Source: a virus
Lineage: Duplodnaviria; Caudoviricetes
DNA: 57,103 nucleotides
Direction: 5' to 3' (one strand)
IMG/VR virus record: IMGVR_UViG_3300005805_000105
Span: 1 to 57,103 of that record
Shown here: positions 1-10,155 of the stretch, piece after piece
Layout of the letters: the number at the start of each line of letters is the position of its first letter
How positions within the stretch are numbered: the stretch's first letter is position 1
Made by a program: the position numbers and the translations under genes
The notes under the pieces: model-generated
The model's input: only the letters and a program-made list of their open reading frames with translations
Databases searched by the model: none
What the model was told of the DNA's origin: nothing

Positions 1-584
1 GCCTCATCTTTTACGTCCTGTAGAGCATCGTGTGCATTTTCTCTACTTAATCCCATCTTATCTCTTAGTGCATCCATACTAATTGACTTAATGCTTGGAT
101 CGCCCTCTGTCCATAGGAAAATATTATCCATAATATCTACTTTATAGACCTTACTAAACAGTTTCTGTTGTGATCTATCATTATCCCACGGGCCAAATTC
201 TTTGCATAGACGATTAATGATAATCATATCGAAGCCCACTATATTAAATCCTACAGGAATAGGATTATAGAATGGATCGTTCTTCCAGTTGTATTGTCCT
301 ACAAACTTGGTAAATTTATTCCATACTGCCTTGACTGATGGCGCCTTGGCTAACTTATCTCTATCCTTGCCAGTAATCTTTAGTGCCTCGTCCTCTAGCG
401 GATCTAGACCAAGAGCTATGGCTTGTTCGTCATCAAATATAGGACATATTTCACTATTGAATTGCCCCTTAACTGTTAGACTTCTACCATCGAGAGCTAT
501 AGCAGCAATTTGCGTCGGCTGTGTTTTATGTGGATTTCTTGATCCTGTTTCAAAGTCAAATATAATATAGTCTCTATTAGCCAC
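1..584 (-). CDS. DEDDh 3'-5' exonuclease (DnaQ/epsilon-like), runs off window start
   Basis: Not in the ORF track because it is open-ended. GTG at 584 after AAGGAG; reads MANRDYIIFDFETG (ExoI)...GFNISGFD (ExoII)...AHDALQDV (ExoIII). Confidence 0.85.
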   Translation of the reverse strand, partial: MANRDYIIFDFETGSRNPHKTQPTQIAAIALDGRSLTVKGQFNSEICPIFDDEQAIALGLDPLEDEALKITGKDRDKLAKAPSVKAVWNKFTKFVGQYNWKNDPFYNPIPVGFNIVGFDMIIINRLCKEFGPWDNDRSQQKLFSKVYKVDIMDNIFLWTEGDPSIKSISMDALRDKMGLSRENAHDALQDVKDE

Positions 585-1269
585 TAGTTAGCTCCTTTAA
601 ATTATTGTAATTAACTACATTTTTACATAGTTCAAAAAAATCTTCAATATCTAAATCCATTTTAATTTGGTTAATCTTTTTGTGTACCCATTGTACGTTT
701 CCTTCTATATACCCCTTGGTGCTATCTATTCTATCTAATGATGCAGTAGAATTTTTAGCTGTTTTTCTAGTTTTTGGAAAAAATATTGGAACTCCAGTTA
801 GTGCGCATTTTTTCCCTTGTGATATGTATAAATCCCAAGCATATTCTATTGATATGGACATTTCTAAATTTCTTCTATTAGCTCCATGAACTATACTGGT
901 CCAATAGCTTTGTTGTATATCTTCATGTCCACGATAATGTGGGTGTTCTTTACCCCTCTTTCTCGCTTCGCAGCCGCAACTTGTGGTATTTCCGCTTGTT
1001 AATGAGTGGCAAACTACAACAATCGCATTTCCACAATCACACATGCACTGTATTAAATTATGTGAGTGTTCGTCTCGTCCTACAATTTTTGAACCAGTTA
1101 ATATCCCAAATCTCTTGCCAACATATCTATCTTCTGGCTTTTTTCTTAATCCATATTTTTTAGCATATTTTGAAACACATGCTTCACTCACTCCAAGCTC
1201 TTTTGCTATTTCTCTTTGTGTTTTATTTTCTATATGCATCATTTTCTTAAGATTTTTATGGGTAATCAT
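577..1269 (-). CDS. HNH-type homing endonuclease with N-terminal HTH
   Basis: TQREIAKELGVSEACVSKY HTH; KRFGILT..CMCDCG..TTSCGC module; SLDRIDSTKGYIEGNVQWV..IN nuclease motif; start placed at ATG 1269 after GGAGA. Confidence 0.8.
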   Translation of the reverse strand: MITHKNLKKMMHIENKTQREIAKELGVSEACVSKYAKKYGLRKKPEDRYVGKRFGILTGSKIVGRDEHSHNLIQCMCDCGNAIVVVCHSLTSGNTTSCGCEARKRGKEHPHYRGHEDIQQSYWTSIVHGANRRNLEMSISIEYAWDLYISQGKKCALTGVPIFFPKTRKTAKNSTASLDRIDSTKGYIEGNVQWVHKKINQIKMDLDIEDFFELCKNVVNYNNLKELTSG

Positions 1270-1306
1270 AATTATGTCTCCAGAAAGTGTTAAGTTTGAC
1301 ATAATA

Positions 1307-2923
1307 CTATACACATAAATTTCTGATGTACATCAATTTATCCAAGAGAGTAATCCCTAGAACATCAAACTTAACGTGTCCCAACGCCTCTAAGTCTGAC
1401 ATTTCAAGTCCTGCAATTTTTTCATTTGAACCCTTCTGGTTTACCATCGGGCAAACCGTATTTAATTTCTCAGCAGAAATAACTACTCCAGCAGCATGTT
1501 TGCCCTGAGTTTTAAATGTACCTTCAAGTTCTATGGCTTGCTTGAAGTATTCTGCGTACTGTCCTTCCAAATCCCCGTTATCATTAATATGGCAAAAGTC
1601 GCTCAACTCTTTAGGTCTATTAATCAATGCCCACTTAATAATAGATCTCTCTTCTTCGTCCATGTCTGCAAGTTGGTCAGAGATCTCTGCTTCATTAGGG
1701 ACGCTCTTTGTTATAGCGTTCATCTCGCTAAATGAACAAGCCTCATGAATACGTAGCACTTCTTTTATCGCACTTCTACCCTGTAGTCTACCGAACGTAA
1801 TCATTTGGCTAACATGATCATTACCATATTTATCCTTAATATAACCGATAACTTCGTCGCGTCGTTTACCCGGAATATCCATATCAATATCTGGTAGTGA
1901 AATATGATCTTTAGTATTTCTACCAGCGTTATAGAATCGAGCAAATAGTAGATCGAATTCCAGCGGGTCAATCTGCGTAATGCCAATTAGATAAGATATT
2001 AAGCAGCCAGCCGCAGAGCCGCGTCCCGGTCCAGATAGCCAACCCTTATCTCTAACATGACGAATAATATCTTGCACAATCAAGAAATATCCGAACAAGT
2101 TTGCATCTTTAATTACTTGTAGTTCTTCGTTGAATCTATCTGCATATCGCTGCTTATTTACTGGATCTTTTACTTTACCACTTTCCATTAATAGCTTCTT
2201 CCAGCCAACTCTACATAGTTCCTTTAGATAATCTTCCTCTGATAATCCATTCGGACAATCAAACTTTGGCAACATTGGCTTGCTAAGAATGTTATAATCT
2301 TCACACTCTTCATATATCTGTGTGAGTAACTTAGTGTCAAAGTTAGCAGATTCTGTCTTATCTAATACGTAGAAATTATCTCCTAGAAAGTAATCTAAAA
2401 GATGATAGAACTCTTTTGGATACTTAGAGTCTACCCCAATACTACCATTCTTATCTTTTCTAATCCACTTATTTATCTTAGGCAGGGTAGTTTTCATTTC
2501 TGAGCATAGCAATATGCGATGATATATCGCCTGCTCTTTATTAGCGTAGTAACTGGCCCTTAGACTCTCGCTCTTTTCAGTTACTTTAATTAGATTGTTC
2601 TTCTTAAGAATTCTATTTAATAGATCTTGTGGCAAGTCGCCGTTTTCGTCTAGTGATGATACTAGAGTAATTAGATCGTGCCAACCTTCCTTATTCTTTG
2701 CAAAGACTTGGAAATCATCAAAAGAGCATCCAATAATTGGCTTAATGCCTTCTTTTTTGCAAGCCTGATAAAACGCAATAGTGCCAGAAATTGTTTTATA
2801 GTCACAGATGCCGCAAGCGGGATAATCGTTGGCTTTACACTTCGCCGCTAATTCTTCTGGCTTTGAAAAGCCTCTAAGTAGACTATAGTGAGTATAATTC
2901 TTCAATGGGTACCAATTCAACAT
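1307..2923 (-). CDS. dnaE: DNA polymerase III alpha, N-terminal part (degenerate PHP, palm, thumb)
   Basis: THYSLL, GIKPIIG, GPGRGSAAG, LLFARFYN, PDIDMD, GKHAAGVVIS, VKFDVLG; stops at 538 aa. Confidence 0.93.
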   Translation of the reverse strand: MLNWYPLKNYTHYSLLRGFSKPEELAAKCKANDYPACGICDYKTISGTIAFYQACKKEGIKPIIGCSFDDFQVFAKNKEGWHDLITLVSSLDENGDLPQDLLNRILKKNNLIKVTEKSESLRASYYANKEQAIYHRILLCSEMKTTLPKINKWIRKDKNGSIGVDSKYPKEFYHLLDYFLGDNFYVLDKTESANFDTKLLTQIYEECEDYNILSKPMLPKFDCPNGLSEEDYLKELCRVGWKKLLMESGKVKDPVNKQRYADRFNEELQVIKDANLFGYFLIVQDIIRHVRDKGWLSGPGRGSAAGCLISYLIGITQIDPLEFDLLFARFYNAGRNTKDHISLPDIDMDIPGKRRDEVIGYIKDKYGNDHVSQMITFGRLQGRSAIKEVLRIHEACSFSEMNAITKSVPNEAEISDQLADMDEEERSIIKWALINRPKELSDFCHINDNGDLEGQYAEYFKQAIELEGTFKTQGKHAAGVVISAEKLNTVCPMVNQKGSNEKIAGLEMSDLEALGHVKFDVLGITLLDKLMYIRNLCV

Positions 2924-2960
2924 ATATTTTCCTTGTCAAAGTTATGTGCAACGGCAAACT

Positions 2961-2989
2961 ATTATAACGCCACTACGAGCGTTTTGCAA
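2961..2989 (-). promoter_or_regulatory. sigma70-type promoter for dnaE
   Basis: TTGCAA-17-TATAAT on minus strand. Confidence 0.6.
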
Positions 2990-3179
2990 ACACGCGACTT
3001 AGTTCTTCAACCAACTGGCTTCCAGCTTTTTGTAAAAAGCACGGCAAAAAACCATGTATACATAAATATATTCCAGCTAAAACACATTTCAAGCCATAGC
3101 CTACTGCAAACCTCCAATGTTCACAGTAGGTCATGTTATTTTCTTTCAAATGTGTTTTCCAGCTTTGACGTAGATTCAT
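2973..3179 (-). CDS. Small membrane protein (DUF6356-like)
   Basis: HLKENNMTYCEHWRFA...IHGFLPCFL..AGS pattern; start MNLRQ. Confidence 0.55.
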   Translation of the reverse strand: MNLRQSWKTHLKENNMTYCEHWRFAVGYGLKCVLAGIYLCIHGFLPCFLQKAGSQLVEELSRVFAKRS

Positions 3180-3714
3180 TTTGCATGTACTCATATACCA
3201 TTTTGATTTCATTCAAAGACGCATTACTTTTAATCGTATTTGCTTTGAAGCTAATAATTTGAATATTCCCTTTAACGTATCCTTTATTGCTATCTATCCT
3301 ATCAATTGAATATGAATTGTCCATAGCTTTTCCTTCATTAAATTTAAGTTCAATATTTAGAATTGGGCATTTTATTGGTAACACTATGTCATCTAAAGTA
3401 ATAGAAAAATCTAAATTTTTGTCTTTAGCTCGTTTTTTTGCGGCGTTATATAACACCTTTCTTTTGTCGGTAGTATAAACTCTTTGGGAATCGCATACTT
3501 TGCAAAAATATGAGTATCCAAAAGCGGAATTTTTATCTTTTCTAAAATGCGAAAAATCTTTTACAATTTTACATTTACCACACCTTTTATGATTATGCGG
3601 TAAATCGTATTGTAAAATTTTAGATCGTATATTTTTTGTAGAACAAGACAATGAACAATATTTAGAATTTTTTCTTTTATGTGAAATATCTACACCACAT
3701 TCTAAACACTTCAT
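3136..3714 (-). CDS. HNH-type homing endonuclease with Zn fingers
   Basis: CxxC/YCS..C repeats; SIDRIDSNKGYVKGNIQIIS..AN; ATG 3714 after GGAG. Confidence 0.8.
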   Translation of the reverse strand: MKCLECGVDISHKRKNSKYCSLSCSTKNIRSKILQYDLPHNHKRCGKCKIVKDFSHFRKDKNSAFGYSYFCKVCDSQRVYTTDKRKVLYNAAKKRAKDKNLDFSITLDDIVLPIKCPILNIELKFNEGKAMDNSYSIDRIDSNKGYVKGNIQIISFKANTIKSNASLNEIKMVYEYMQNESTSKLENTFERK

Positions 3715-3761
3715 GTTAGTCTCCACTGTGAAGTTAAGCGATACAATGGATTATACACAAT

Positions 3762-4673
3762 TTACCACATTTTACACGACCAGTATCTTGGAGTTGTCTT
3801 GTCTGTTGCTGTATCACAATTATGTCTTGCTCTAAAGCTTTTCCTGCGCTCTGGATTGCTTTTCTTAATCGACATATTCGGATCTCCAAAGCGTATAATA
3901 ATAACATTTCCACTCTTATTCTTAACATAAACAGCAAACTTTTTTGGTCCTTGCGGTGTCCTAAATGGCTTATTTAGAGTTACCTTTCTTCCTTGATATT
4001 CAGAAGCGTATGACTCTACTTCAATATCTGTCATATCTGTTTCTGGCATCTCTGTATCATCTTCTTCTTCGTCTTCGTACTTTCCCGGCTCATAATATTG
4101 AACGAAATCATAAACGTTTTGAATATAGATTTCAGCCTTAGAAATCATATCCTTAGTCCAATCCTGAAATTCTACAGGAATCGTCATTGTTTGAAGTTTC
4201 GTTACCACCGCCATGAGTTGATCATGCATCTTTTGAATCTGTTCTATAGCCATTTCGCTATCGCTAGACTGTGCTTTCTTAAATGCGTCCTTACTAGGAC
4301 GATCTGGATCTCCCGGTTTCGCTGGTTTATAGTTCTTGCCTAATCGCTCCTTTTTCTTACGAATATTTTCCCAAAGGCCGGGCTTTTCTGCTGCCACATC
4401 CCACTCTTCAGTTTCTTCACCAAAATCTTCATATTCAGCCTGCGTTGGAATATAAAAATTTTCTTCAGTAATTTCTTCTTCATATCCGTATGTTTCCAGC
4501 TGCATCTTAAAGTCAGCGGCCTCTACGCATCCACAATCTGCCGTCGCCCGCTGTAAGCAAATAGCAACTCTCTGTTGCTGGTCTGGATAGTCCTTCTTCA
4601 TGGTTTCATTGCTCATACAACGCGACACGAATGCGTCCTTTTGTTCATCTTTATTTCTTGATGGTAGTGGCAT
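3762..4673 (-). CDS. Multi-module phage protein (C-terminal DUF6321-like domain)
   Basis: FGDPNMSIKKSNPERRKSFRARHNC...RYWSCKMW C-terminus; KPGLWENIR module; acidic linkers. Confidence 0.55.
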   Translation of the reverse strand: MPLPSRNKDEQKDAFVSRCMSNETMKKDYPDQQQRVAICLQRATADCGCVEAADFKMQLETYGYEEEITEENFYIPTQAEYEDFGEETEEWDVAAEKPGLWENIRKKKERLGKNYKPAKPGDPDRPSKDAFKKAQSSDSEMAIEQIQKMHDQLMAVVTKLQTMTIPVEFQDWTKDMISKAEIYIQNVYDFVQYYEPGKYEDEEEDDTEMPETDMTDIEVESYASEYQGRKVTLNKPFRTPQGPKKFAVYVKNKSGNVIIIRFGDPNMSIKKSNPERRKSFRARHNCDTATDKTTPRYWSCKMW

Positions 4674-4682
4674 AACTATCTC

Positions 4683-5537
4683 CTAAATAAGAACTTTATT
4701 GATTGCTCTGGATAAAATATTGTCTATACTTCCTGCTGGTATTTTGTCTTTGAAATGATTGTAAGCACCTAGAATCATTTCGTGATTTGGATCTTGTGTT
4801 AGTTCAAGCCATCCAACAAAATAGTTCCAAATTCTATCTTCTAGAATTAGTGGATATTTAACGCCATCTGGCCTGTCAAATCTGTGCAACCACTTAAATT
4901 GTGGCAAGCAGATTGTTTTGCCACCAGCTAGCCTAAATTTCTCATGAATATATCCTTCTTCTCCACCAAAACCTTTGAAAAGCTTATTGAAACCTCTCCA
5001 GTTTTTAGTTTCGCAAGAAAATACGCCCAACCCTTGCATTGGTATATCAAAAGGCTCATTTTTCCTTAAAGCATCATGGTCTGTGCGCCATTGTCCGTAC
5101 ATTCCAGAACTCCAAGTTGGTTCAAAATGCGTGGATGGAGAGTTTAAATCATCATAAATGAGTGGACCCTGCACCAAGTCCTTGCAGTCTGGATTAGCCT
5201 TGTAATAGTCTAATAGAGCGTCTATAGCCCCATTAAAGAACATTACGTGGCAATCCATTGAAATGCAATACTTCCCACGGGCATTGTTGAAAATTTCATT
5301 CCGCACAGCTGTACTTGTGCGTAACTTATATGGAATATATCGGCCATTTTTCACCCAGTTGCACAGGCTGGCTATGGATTTACCATGATTAGAGTCTGGG
5401 TTATTATCTATAATCAGTATTTCAACATCGTCAGAATTACAGATTTCATGGTACATACGCAGGGCTTGAACGGAGAAATATACCCCGTTATAATCATCAT
5501 ATGTAGCCATACCAATAGTCAATAATTTATCTTGCAT
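4683..5537 (-). CDS. Glycosyltransferase family 2
   Basis: LTIGMATY, ILIIDN, RN..F..ARGKY, DCH, GFGGEE. Confidence 0.8.
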   Translation of the reverse strand: MQDKLLTIGMATYDDYNGVYFSVQALRMYHEICNSDDVEILIIDNNPDSNHGKSIASLCNWVKNGRYIPYKLRTSTAVRNEIFNNARGKYCISMDCHVMFFNGAIDALLDYYKANPDCKDLVQGPLIYDDLNSPSTHFEPTWSSGMYGQWRTDHDALRKNEPFDIPMQGLGVFSCETKNWRGFNKLFKGFGGEEGYIHEKFRLAGGKTICLPQFKWLHRFDRPDGVKYPLILEDRIWNYFVGWLELTQDPNHEMILGAYNHFKDKIPAGSIDNILSRAINKVLI

Positions 5538-5538
5538 A

Positions 5539-6561
5539 TTAACCCGGAGCCTCGTAAAACCCTATATCAAAGCCTTTTCTAGAGCAATCCTTAATGGTCT
5601 TATCCATGCCATTAGTTTTAAGGTACTCCTCTATATACATACACATATTTTTATCGCTTTCAGGCCACTTGTTCTTGCAATAATGGCACAATTTCTGGCA
5701 TTTCCAGTTACTTCTGTCTTCAGAAATCGGTCTTGGAAGATCGTTATGTTTAATGTCTTCATACCGCTTTTTTAACATATCCATAAATCTTGCATGGTCA
5801 GACCTGTCAAAACACATTGAAAATGGTCCACCGTCCTTAATGAAAAATATAGACATAATAGTTTGCTCATATTGCGGAAATAGCTTAGATATAGCATAGT
5901 TATATAGCAATAATTGTGGATCTGAGCATAGCTTTTCATATGTTTTTTCCTCTCCAGTAGCCCAATCGAGCCTTTTGCCGGTTTTCCAATCTACTACTTC
6001 AATTGTTTTATTATCTACTTCTGTTACGAGGTCAATGGTTCCCTTGATTGCTAGTTGACCATCAACCACGCGACCGTCTGGCATGGTATAAGTATACTTG
6101 GCCCAATCTTCCTCAATTGGGATATCAAAATGTGGCTCTGCTGCGACAATGTTCCTATATCTAGGATCAAATTGACCGTCATTATAATTAAGAGTAGTCC
6201 AGATGAGACTGAAACAGTTTTCCTTATCTAGACCATTGTATGAATGATTAGATCCGTTAGTATAGAACTTAAAACTTCTATCTAATAGATCACTCACCAA
6301 TGCTTCAGAAAACAGATCTGTCTTATTTATTGATACCTTGCCTAAAGCATCGTCATTAATCATAATACGCTTACGCTTACCACTGTCTTGATGCTCTTTC
6401 TTGAGCGATGCTAGAACTTCCATGACTTTATGTACAATTGTGCCTAGTTCTGCTTTCTTACCACTAATAGTTTGATGTCCGAGGACATAAGTGATAAAAT
6501 ATTGCATCTGGCAATATGCATAATTGTTATAACTTGACGATCTAATGTATGTAACTAACAT
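5539..6561 (-). CDS. Cas4-like/RecB-family PD-(D/E)XK exonuclease
   Basis: LGTIVH, GTIDLV, VVDWKTG, QLLLY; N-terminal Cys plus C-terminal CQKLCHYC (Fe-S staple). Confidence 0.85.
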   Translation of the reverse strand: MLVTYIRSSSYNNYAYCQMQYFITYVLGHQTISGKKAELGTIVHKVMEVLASLKKEHQDSGKRKRIMINDDALGKVSINKTDLFSEALVSDLLDRSFKFYTNGSNHSYNGLDKENCFSLIWTTLNYNDGQFDPRYRNIVAAEPHFDIPIEEDWAKYTYTMPDGRVVDGQLAIKGTIDLVTEVDNKTIEVVDWKTGKRLDWATGEEKTYEKLCSDPQLLLYNYAISKLFPQYEQTIMSIFFIKDGGPFSMCFDRSDHARFMDMLKKRYEDIKHNDLPRPISEDRSNWKCQKLCHYCKNKWPESDKNMCMYIEEYLKTNGMDKTIKDCSRKGFDIGFYEAPG

Positions 6562-7308
6562 TTATATATTCCACAAGTGTTTAATTTTATTCAGTTCATT
6601 ACACAGGTCTTGCATTCCAATGTTGCCATTATCAATAACAACCTCAAAATTAGACCAATCAAAGTTCTCTGCGTCTAATGCAGATTCACACAGTATCGAA
6701 TCCTTAAATACATTTCTGGCTAGTCTGATGACTATTCCGCCATTATTTTTAATAGCTTCTACTTCATTAGGAAACCTAACGTCTGGAATAATTGCCAACT
6801 GAGAATCTTCTGCAACTATTTTATTTATTGTAGCGTGAACCCAAGCGTCTGGCCTAATTTTTCTGACAATCGCAGTACCAAAATGCTCCAAGAACTCTCT
6901 ATTTGTCATTCTGCCAGTTTTGTTTAGAGTATTTTCTGGCATATCTTCCCACCGCAAATTTGTTTTCATATTTTTTTGCTTATCAGAACCATATAGTTGA
7001 GCAGGATTTAAGCCAAATAAATTAACTGACATTTCTTTCAGATAGTCTGCGAAATGATATACCTTAATAAAAGGCCACAAATCCTTCTCGGCGTAGTCCA
7101 CAAATATATTGTCTTTTCTAGTTACATCTAGAACACCATATCCGCTTTTGCCAGTTTGATCAGATGTATTGATTACCAATTGGCCAGCTTCATCCAGATA
7201 AAAATCTGTAACCATACCCTTAGACTTCAGTATGTCTCCATTGATATAATTTGCGGTAGTATTCTTACCGGACTGTTTACGTCCAGATATTCCGATAATC
7301 TTAACCAT
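6562..7308 (-). CDS. Deoxynucleoside monophosphate kinase
   Basis: GISGRKQSGKNT P-loop, FADYLK, REFLEHFGT, PDVRFPNE. Confidence 0.85.
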   Translation of the reverse strand: MVKIIGISGRKQSGKNTTANYINGDILKSKGMVTDFYLDEAGQLVINTSDQTGKSGYGVLDVTRKDNIFVDYAEKDLWPFIKVYHFADYLKEMSVNLFGLNPAQLYGSDKQKNMKTNLRWEDMPENTLNKTGRMTNREFLEHFGTAIVRKIRPDAWVHATINKIVAEDSQLAIIPDVRFPNEVEAIKNNGGIVIRLARNVFKDSILCESALDAENFDWSNFEVVIDNGNIGMQDLCNELNKIKHLWNI

Positions 7309-8330
7309 TAATATGTTCCTTCTAGGTTTGACAATATTTTATTTTGAATCTGATCAATAGACATATCGCCTATGTCCTTAGTACTAAATTTAGGAAATGT
7401 TAGCTTATAAACTCGATTAAATTGTCTCTTAATTTGTATCTTTGCTTCTCTACCAGCCTGATCATTATCTGTTAATATAATCAGATGTGTAATCGGTAAT
7501 TTATGTAGCTTTTCTTCTTGTTCTTGAGTAATAGTCTTTCCAAATATACTAACTGCATTTTTAACACCAGCCTCATACAACTTCCACACATCGCCCTGCC
7601 CCTCAAGAATAAAAAGACATGATGTTTCGATTGCTCTAGGTATGGCACGGTGATAATTGTAAAAGAAATATCTCTTATCAAATCCCTTGGGATAAAGTAA
7701 AAACTTGGGGCTTCTATATTCTCTTACCGTTCTTCCTATCAATCCTACAATATCTTTTCCGCTATCGTCATGAATAGGTATAACCGCTCGTTCATGTAAC
7801 GATGATTTGCAATCTTTACAATCTCCAACTTGAAAATGTTCCAGTGTTTCTGGTCTAAATCCTCGTTCAATGAAGTATTTAGATGGATATGATAGTTCGC
7901 AATCTAATTCAATTGGTTTATGTTGATATTCATCTGCATTACTACCAAGCAGCTTGACTACATTATAAAAGCTATCATCTTCTTCTGGCTTTTTGGTAGT
8001 TGTGGTTACTTTTGTCTTACTGATACCTAGCAATTCGCATGACCACTTTAATGCTCCAGAAAAATCTACAGATTCTCCTCGCTGTGCAGATAAAGCACCC
8101 TTAATTAATCCAAACATATCATTGCCATGCTCTTGCTGACAATCCCTAGTCCAACATTTCCATATTCCCTTATTGTTAGAATATGAGAATGCCCGTGGAT
8201 TATCACTACCATCATGTACTGGACATGTGGAGTAAATATTATCATTGAAGACTTCGCATGTCATACCTAGCTTACTAAAAACTAGTTCTGCGTTATCATT
8301 CAGTTGTTTCTTGATCTGCTTTAAGTCCAT
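7308..8330 (-). CDS. dnaG: DNA primase
   Basis: CPVH..CWTRDC Zn domain; RAVIPI..GR; EGQGD and DNDQAG TOPRIM motifs. Confidence 0.88.
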   Translation of the reverse strand: MDLKQIKKQLNDNAELVFSKLGMTCEVFNDNIYSTCPVHDGSDNPRAFSYSNNKGIWKCWTRDCQQEHGNDMFGLIKGALSAQRGESVDFSGALKWSCELLGISKTKVTTTTKKPEEDDSFYNVVKLLGSNADEYQHKPIELDCELSYPSKYFIERGFRPETLEHFQVGDCKDCKSSLHERAVIPIHDDSGKDIVGLIGRTVREYRSPKFLLYPKGFDKRYFFYNYHRAIPRAIETSCLFILEGQGDVWKLYEAGVKNAVSIFGKTITQEQEEKLHKLPITHLIILTDNDQAGREAKIQIKRQFNRVYKLTFPKFSTKDIGDMSIDQIQNKILSNLEGTY

Positions 8331-9771
8331 CTAACTGTATTTTCTGTAATGAGTCTTTGCTTACTAATCCAGTGTCGCCAACTGACTGATTCTTCAGTTC
8401 ATTTCTTGTTTTTAATTCAACTAGCTTAGCATGTGCGCCCTGCATAACCATGTTAATATAATCGCCATCATCTAGGCCAGCACCGTGTCTAGCCACTATG
8501 GGAACAAGCTTTCTATTGCCAGCATTAGGACCGTCTTCTGCCAATTCTTCTGGCGATTTAATCTTAAAGATGGAGAACGATGTACATAGCCATATTAGTC
8601 TATCTGAACCGCTTACCGCATCAGTACTTTCTTTAGTAATACCATCACGATTTAACTGCACAAAGGATAAGCATGGAATATCTAGCTTTACGCATAGATT
8701 ATGTAGCGATGTAATCTGAAAACCTAGAGCCTGATACTCTTGAATATTATTCGTGATAGAACTAGATGACATTAGCTTTAGATAATCATAGATAATTAAA
8801 CAGTCTTTTGTCTTGCCGTTTTCATCTGTTCTAACTTCTTGCATAATCCAACGCTTAATCATATTCAAGATTTGATCAAACGGCTTGCCAGCAACGCTGA
8901 CATAGCTATAAGGTACTGACTGTAACTGTTTAACAGCGTCTAGAACCTGTTTGTGCTTTTCTTCATCTTCTACAAAGCGTCCGGTTGACACTTCATTAAT
9001 AGGTACTCCGCTAAGATTAGCGATCAGTCTATTAAGATGGTCTTCCTTAGACATTTCTGTATCTAATACTAATACTGGTATTCCCTTAGATGAAACATTA
9101 ATAGCAACATTATCTGCAAATACAGACTTACCAACCTTGGGCCTTGCCGCTACTAGATCAACGCATTTACGCCTCAATCCACCGCCAATAGCCTCGTCAT
9201 ACTTGCGGAATCCAGTAGGAATACCAATAATATCACACTGATTGTCTTGCAAGAATTGAACATAATCTTCAACTCCACGACCAATCTTGTCTGGCAAGTC
9301 TCCGCTATCATCTTCTCGTAGGAAATCTGTTACGGGATTCTCTAAGATCTGAATAATATCATTAATAGATTCTGAACCAGTGATATCATCTATATCTTTA
9401 TGAATCTTGCCAGTAAGTTTCTTAATCTTTCGTGCAAATTCAAACTTTTTAATTTGTACAGCAAAGCTAAATATATTGTCCTTATTGACAGGAAAATCCA
9501 TCAATGACTTAATATACTTAAGCTCTTGTGCTGTATTAATTGTTTCACTAAAGCCAAGCTGTGATGCAGCAGATAAAATAGCAGCAATATCTACTGATTG
9601 CTCTCTAGAAATAATATGTTCAATACATTTATAGAGAATCTGGTTATTGGCGTTGCCAAAAGTCTCATGATTAATTAAGTCAGAGACTATAACATATGCA
9701 TCTAGCCCATGCTGTAGTAATGCGGCTAATACCGCACGTTCTGCACCAACATCTACGAGTTTATCATCCAT
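8296..9771 (-). CDS. dnaB: Replicative helicase
   Basis: AERAVL, AARPKVGKS Walker A, TEMS, IYDYLKLM, QLNR. Confidence 0.92.
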   Translation of the reverse strand: MDDKLVDVGAERAVLAALLQHGLDAYVIVSDLINHETFGNANNQILYKCIEHIISREQSVDIAAILSAASQLGFSETINTAQELKYIKSLMDFPVNKDNIFSFAVQIKKFEFARKIKKLTGKIHKDIDDITGSESINDIIQILENPVTDFLREDDSGDLPDKIGRGVEDYVQFLQDNQCDIIGIPTGFRKYDEAIGGGLRRKCVDLVAARPKVGKSVFADNVAINVSSKGIPVLVLDTEMSKEDHLNRLIANLSGVPINEVSTGRFVEDEEKHKQVLDAVKQLQSVPYSYVSVAGKPFDQILNMIKRWIMQEVRTDENGKTKDCLIIYDYLKLMSSSSITNNIQEYQALGFQITSLHNLCVKLDIPCLSFVQLNRDGITKESTDAVSGSDRLIWLCTSFSIFKIKSPEELAEDGPNAGNRKLVPIVARHGAGLDDGDYINMVMQGAHAKLVELKTRNELKNQSVGDTGLVSKDSLQKIQLDGLKADQETTE

Positions 9772-9774
9772 ATA

Positions 9775-10155
9775 TTATTTCTTACCGCCACACTTGTTGC
9801 AACGATAATATTCACCATAAACATATCTACTATCTACCTTAAATGTTTTTCCGCATACGTGGCACTCTACATCTTCTTTTCTAGGAGGATCTCTACGTCT
9901 AGGTGTACGCTCTACATCGGGTGTACTGATATCCCTAAACTCTCCTGTATCTTGCCACTGATTCTTTCTGGCTTTCACGGGTTCTTTTCTCCTTGTAAAT
10001 GGCGTTTCTTCTTTCTTCTTCATGGTAAAGTCCTCAGTTGAAGACTTTTTTGCATCCTTAATATCTGGCGTATTAGACTTGCTCATTAAAGCTTCTAATA
10101 GCTTATCCTTTTGTTCGTCTGATAGTGTTTCGATAAACTTATTAAAATCGCTCAT
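9775..10155 (-). CDS. Hypothetical protein with C-terminal Zn ribbon
   Basis: CHVCG...CNKC. Confidence 0.6.
   Translation of the reverse strand: MSDFNKFIETLSDEQKDKLLEALMSKSNTPDIKDAKKSSTEDFTMKKKEETPFTRRKEPVKARKNQWQDTGEFRDISTPDVERTPRRRDPPRKEDVECHVCGKTFKVDSRYVYGEYYRCNKCGGKK

Noticed and set aside
577-1314. Group I intron or intein splitting dnaE
   Set aside because: Flanking gaps are too short for a ribozyme core, and the downstream gene is an exonuclease with its own RBS rather than the DnaE continuation
5539-6561. Cas4-like gene as part of a CRISPR system
   Set aside because: No array or other cas genes seen; solo Cas4-like nucleases are common in phage replication modules
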